This document shows positions 60,547 through 64,000 of a stretch of 64,000 nucleotides of DNA, one piece after another. A model generated the notes under the pieces. It saw nothing but the letters and a program-made list of their open reading frames with translations. It had not been told where the DNA came from and ran no database searches. The DNA is taken from positions 704,001 to 768,000 of the forward strand of contig OZ241841.1 of the NCBI GenBank assembly GCA_965202665.1, in the 5' to 3' direction. Source of the DNA: Candidatus Spongiisociaceae bacterium. Lineage in GTDB: Bacteria > Actinomycetota > Acidimicrobiia > Spongiisociales > Spongiisociaceae. The position numbers and the translations under genes were made by a program. Position 1 is the first letter of the stretch. The number at the start of each line of letters is the position of its first letter.

Positions 60547-60561
60547 CCATCCGCCCAGCCG

Positions 60562-60798
60562 TCACGCCCACTCCGGCGGGCGGCGATATTCCCGCCCTTT
60601 GGCCCCTGTCACCACCTCCGGCAACTGCGACCTCCCAAAAGCGCCCTGGGGAAAATGAACCACGCCCGAAGCCGCCCTTTAAAGTAGCCACCTGCCGGCC
60701 GGGAGGAGGAGTGACGATCACCGCAATCCGTAGTAGACGTTATACCCATCCACATACCCGACAACAGGGGATGGACTTGACAGGTTTGTATTGGTCAT
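60562..60798 (-). pseudogene. NYN remnant, copy 2 (central part deleted)
   Basis: Both ends match 59196-59858 and are joined at ~60722. Confidence 0.9.
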
Positions 60799-60990
60799 CT
60801 ATGCTTCTCCTTAGAACTGCGCCACGGGTATATCCCGTGGTTAAAACGGCCCGCCATTCGTGGCGGGTCGTTTCTATGCAGGGTCTTACCAACCTCGGCC
60901 CCAAAGCCGCCGCAACGGTTCCGGGCCCGGGATGTAACCTTCTTGTGACCCCTTGCGCTCAAATATAGGGTAGGGCCAGGTCAACCAGTT
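60799..60990 (-). ncRNA. Candidate leader RNA module, copy 2
   Basis: Identical terminator-like hairpin 60843-60873; hairpin ccacggg/cccgtgg 60822-60840; -10 reads TATATT. Confidence 0.55.
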
Positions 60991-61039
60991 ACACCGCGAC
61001 AGAGCACGGTCGGTCGTAAGCGGGCGGGTGGATTAGAGG

Positions 61040-61310
61040 GGGGCGGTAGAGCCAGATGAAACCGGCCAGCCAAGCCGCGTACAGCAGGGCCGGGGAGCGC
61101 TCCCGCCAGCGGAGGGGCGATCGGAGAAAGAAACCAGGCGCCGGGCGAACCCGGGCTAAGAACCCCGCCACCGGCGCGAACACCACCAGCCCCACCGCGG
61201 TGGCCGCCGCCGACTCCCAAGCTTTGGTTCCTTCAACGTGATCCGAGGCGCGCGGGCCGCTCTCCACCGCCAACCCCAACAGAAAAGTTCCCAGCAGGGC
61301 GGTCACCAAA
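61040..61310 (-). pseudogene. Membrane-protein gene remnant (related pieces at ~60100-60325 and ~62440-62600)
   Basis: Hydrophobic fragments ending ..PALLY(G/A)xWLAGFIW recur upstream of each leader copy. Confidence 0.55.
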
Positions 61311-61786
61311 CCGGACGACAAACCGAAATCCCCCCGCTGGTCATCCAAACCTCGCGCGGGCCTACCTCTACTCCACCACCGACCTGGCCACTATCGGGCA
61401 TCGCACCGAAGAGTCGGGGGCCGACCTGTTCACCCAAGTGTTCCGTACGGCCCGTCGCGTCGGAATGGCCGGTCGAACCCAAATGGAGCACATCCAGTTC
61501 GGGACGATGAACGGAAAAAACGGCAAGCCGTACAAGACCAGGGCCGGGGATCTGCTTGCTTTGCCGGAAACCATCAACCGGGCGGCGGAACTGCGGGCCC
61601 CCAACCAAATAGCCGAATACGCCTACGACCTGGCCACCCTGTTTAGCTCCTTCTACGAAACTACCACATACTGACCGAACCGACCCGGAGCAACGCGCCA
61701 CCTGGCTGAGCCTGACAACCATCGTCCGCCGCGCCCTGGAACTGTTGCTGGACCTGCTGGGAATCGAAATACCCGCCCGGATGTAA
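61311..61786 (+). pseudogene. argS: argS 3' remnant, copy 3
   Basis: Matches argS from ~58322 (EIPPLVIQTSRG) to the stop, with deletions and frameshifts. Confidence 0.9.
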
Positions 61787-61801
61787 CCATCCGCCCAGCC
61801 G

Positions 61802-62196
61802 TCACACCCACTCCGGAGGACGGCGATATTCTTTCCCATTGTCCCCCGTCACCACCTCCGGCAACTGCGATCTCCCAAAAGCGCCCTGGGGAAAATGAGC
61901 CACGCCCGAAGCCACTTTGATTAGAGCATCCGACCGTCGGTTGGGAGGAGGAGTGACGATCACCTCCTTCCCCAACCTGCCCACCACGTGCTTCACCGCT
62001 GGTATAAAGTCGGCCTGGCAGTGAAATACTTAACCGCTGCCAGAACTTCTCCCGGTTCTAGGAGCTCGGAGAGCAACGCCCGCAAATCAAGCCAGAAGAA
62101 CCTTCGCCAGCCTTTAGACTGCAATCCGTAGTAGACGTTGTAACCATCCACATACCCGACAACGGGAGATCGATTTGACAGGATTGTATTGGTCAT
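61802..62196 (-). pseudogene. NYN remnant, copy 3 (deletion plus frameshift)
   Basis: MTNTILSNRSPVVGYVDGYN...KYFTAR fused out of frame to ...KHVVGRLGKEVIV...RRPPEWV. Confidence 0.9.
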
Positions 62197-62390
62197 CTAT
62201 GCTTCTCCTTAGAACTGCGCCATAGGTATATCCTATGGTCAAAACGGCCCGCCATTCGTGGCGGGTCGTTTCTATGCAGGGTCTTACCAACCTTGGCCTC
62301 AAAGCCGCCGCAACGGTTCCGGGCCGGGATGTAACCTTCTTGTGACCCCTTGCGGCTTGATTATAGGGTCGGACCAGGTCATACCTGGTA
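62197..62390 (-). ncRNA. Candidate leader RNA module, copy 3
   Basis: Terminator-like hairpin 62241-62271; hairpin ccatagg/cctatgg 62220-62238; TATAAT 62365-62360. Confidence 0.55.
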
Positions 62391-62737
62391 CATCGCGACA
62401 GAGCACGGTCGGGCGTAAGCGGGCGGGTTGAGTCAAAGGGGGAGGGGGGCGGTAGGGCCAGATGAAACCGGCCAGCCAGGGGCCGTACAGCAGGGCCGGG
62501 GCGCGCCCCCGCCAACGGGGAGGGGCGAATTGCCGCACCAGCCACAGCAAAGGAACCCCCGCCGCCCAGAGCCCGCCGACGCTCCGCTCCGGGCCGTCAG
62601 GGACGCCGCTTCCGGCAAAACTGCGAACTCATAAAGGGCTCCCGCTAGTGCGGAATCGGGTGCTGGTGTTGCCCTACTTTGGGAGAAAAAATATCCCGGC
62701 CCCTGGGTTGGGCAGAGGCCGGGATAGGTTGGGGTGG

Positions 62738-64000
62738 TTATGAACTTGCGCCTGCGGCGTCGTCGGTGGTGGTGGGGGCTTGGTTGATTACTCTTACGAA
62801 GAAGGATGCCATCTGCGCCCGGGTCACCGGATTGTTGGGGCAGTATCTGAGGGGCGGCGTGGTGGTGCATCCTCTGGTTACTTCGCTTTCGGCTATGCCT
62901 TCAATGGCCCGCACCACCGCCGCGTCCAGGTTGGCGGTGTCGGCAAACAGGTTTTGCGACTCGGATACGGCTTGGATGTGGGGGAAAGCGGCTACCATCA
63001 TCACCGCCATATCGGCTCGGGTTACTATCCCTCGGGGGTTGAAGTTCCCACCGTCCAGCTGGAAGGCCCCGATGCTTACCAGCCAGTCGGCGTAGGAACG
63101 GTAGCTGGCGTCGGCGGGGACATCGGCTATTTCTATGCCGGTGGGGAACTGGATGGGCCAGCGGGGATTGACTGCCCGGTAGATGAAAGTGGCCATTTGC
63201 CGACGGGTGATTTGCGCGCTGGGACAGTATTTAGTGGAGTCGTTGGCGTCGCATCCGATGGTTATTCCCCATACGGCCATCAACTCGATGTTGTCTTCGT
63301 GGACGCTGCCGTCATCGTCGCAGAACCGTCCCTGGCAGGCCACCGGCGCGGGCGGCGGCGCCACCGGCGGGGCGGGACCGGCAGGCGGCGGGGCCCCTCC
63401 ACCGGCCGCGGGGGGCGGAGCGCCGCCGCCGCCTCCTCCTCCACCACCGCCTCCACCGCCTCCACCTCCGGCCGCGGGGGGTGGGGCTGGAGCTGGGGCG
63501 CCACCGCCTCCGCCGCCTCCTCCGCCGCCCCCTCCACCTCCTCCGCCGCCGCCGGTGGGGGTGGTGGTGACAGCGGGGGCGTCGTTGGCGGGGATGGTGA
63601 TAGTGGTGGCGGTGGCGGTGAATCCGGTAACGTCGCCGGGGGTTATGCGAATTTGTTTGGCGTTCTCCTGGGTGGGGTCGTCGTTTATTCGCATGTCTAT
63701 ATCAATGTATCCGCTGGTTTGGCCGGCGCGGATGGTGATGGTGTGGGTCCCGGGGCCGGGTTCGTAAGATTCTCCGGTTCCCAGGGTGACGGGAACTTGC
63801 ATGTCTTGGGTGAGCGCGACTGAGCCGAGGGAGGCGGTGATGCGTACTCTTGCGGATGCGCCTTCGTTTATTCGGTTGGGGCTGGCGGATAGGGTTATGC
63901 GGTTGGGTTGGGCGTCGTTTTCGGTGATGGTGAAGGTGACGGGTCTGACGGTGAACTGGGAGTGCGATCCGGTTAGTTCCAGGGTTTCGTTGCCTTCGTA
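62738..64000 (-). CDS. Large surface protein (Calx-beta-like repeats, poly-Gly/Pro linker, C-terminal SLH-like domains); 5' part outside the window
   Basis: Frame is open to 64000 (YEGNETLELTG..TITEND); FCDDDGSVHE, ITRRQMATFIYR, VTRADMA, VTRAQMASF. Confidence 0.85.
   Translation of the reverse strand, partial: YEGNETLELTGSHSQFTVRPVTFTITENDAQPNRITLSASPNRINEGASARVRITASLGSVALTQDMQVPVTLGTGESYEPGPGTHTITIRAGQTSGYIDIDMRINDDPTQENAKQIRITPGDVTGFTATATTITIPANDAPAVTTTPTGGGGGGGGGGGGGGGGGGAPAPAPPPAAGGGGGGGGGGGGGGGGAPPPAAGGGAPPPAGPAPPVAPPPAPVACQGRFCDDDGSVHEDNIELMAVWGITIGCDANDSTKYCPSAQITRRQMATFIYRAVNPRWPIQFPTGIEIADVPADASYRSYADWLVSIGAFQLDGGNFNPRGIVTRADMAVMMVAAFPHIQAVSESQNLFADTANLDAAVVRAIEGIAESEVTRGCTTTPPLRYCPNNPVTRAQMASFFVRVINQAPTTTDDAAGASS

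Noticed and set aside
58322-62600. Possible CRISPR array or diversity-generating retroelement
   Set aside because: Repeats are long degenerate gene fragments with no regular repeat-spacer period; no cas or reverse transcriptase gene; differences are not obviously adenine-specific.

Overview
High-GC bacterial chromosome segment. Gene content and order (InhA-type fabI, dlaT-lpdA, mshA-YbjN, clpS-DUF2017, SLH-like surface proteins) point to an actinobacterium, plausibly Acidimicrobiia (inference). The backbone carries fabI, acs, a lipB-lipA fusion, dlaT, lpdA, mshA, pheA, clpS, a form II coxSLM-like operon, tRNA-Asp and tRNA-Phe, murA (Cys-to-Asp variant) and argS. Several small defence/TA insertions interrupt it: an OLD-like ATPase-TOPRIM gene, MNT-HEPN, DarT-DarG plus a solo macrodomain, and HsdR_N-reader plus GmrSD coupled to murA. 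A ~23 kb catabolic cluster (29.8-52.9 kb) has five copies of one LacI-type operator and an unknown substrate. The most unusual locus is at 58.3-62.6 kb. An NYN (PIN-like) RNase gene is preceded by a promoter, a structured ~110-170 nt leader and a terminator-like hairpin. This unit is present three times: the argS and NYN coding parts of copies 2 and 3 are riddled with deletions, while the non-coding module is intact and shows compensatory base changes. This suggests an RNA-controlled (type III TA-like) NYN system. All assignments come from reading motifs by eye; no searches were run.
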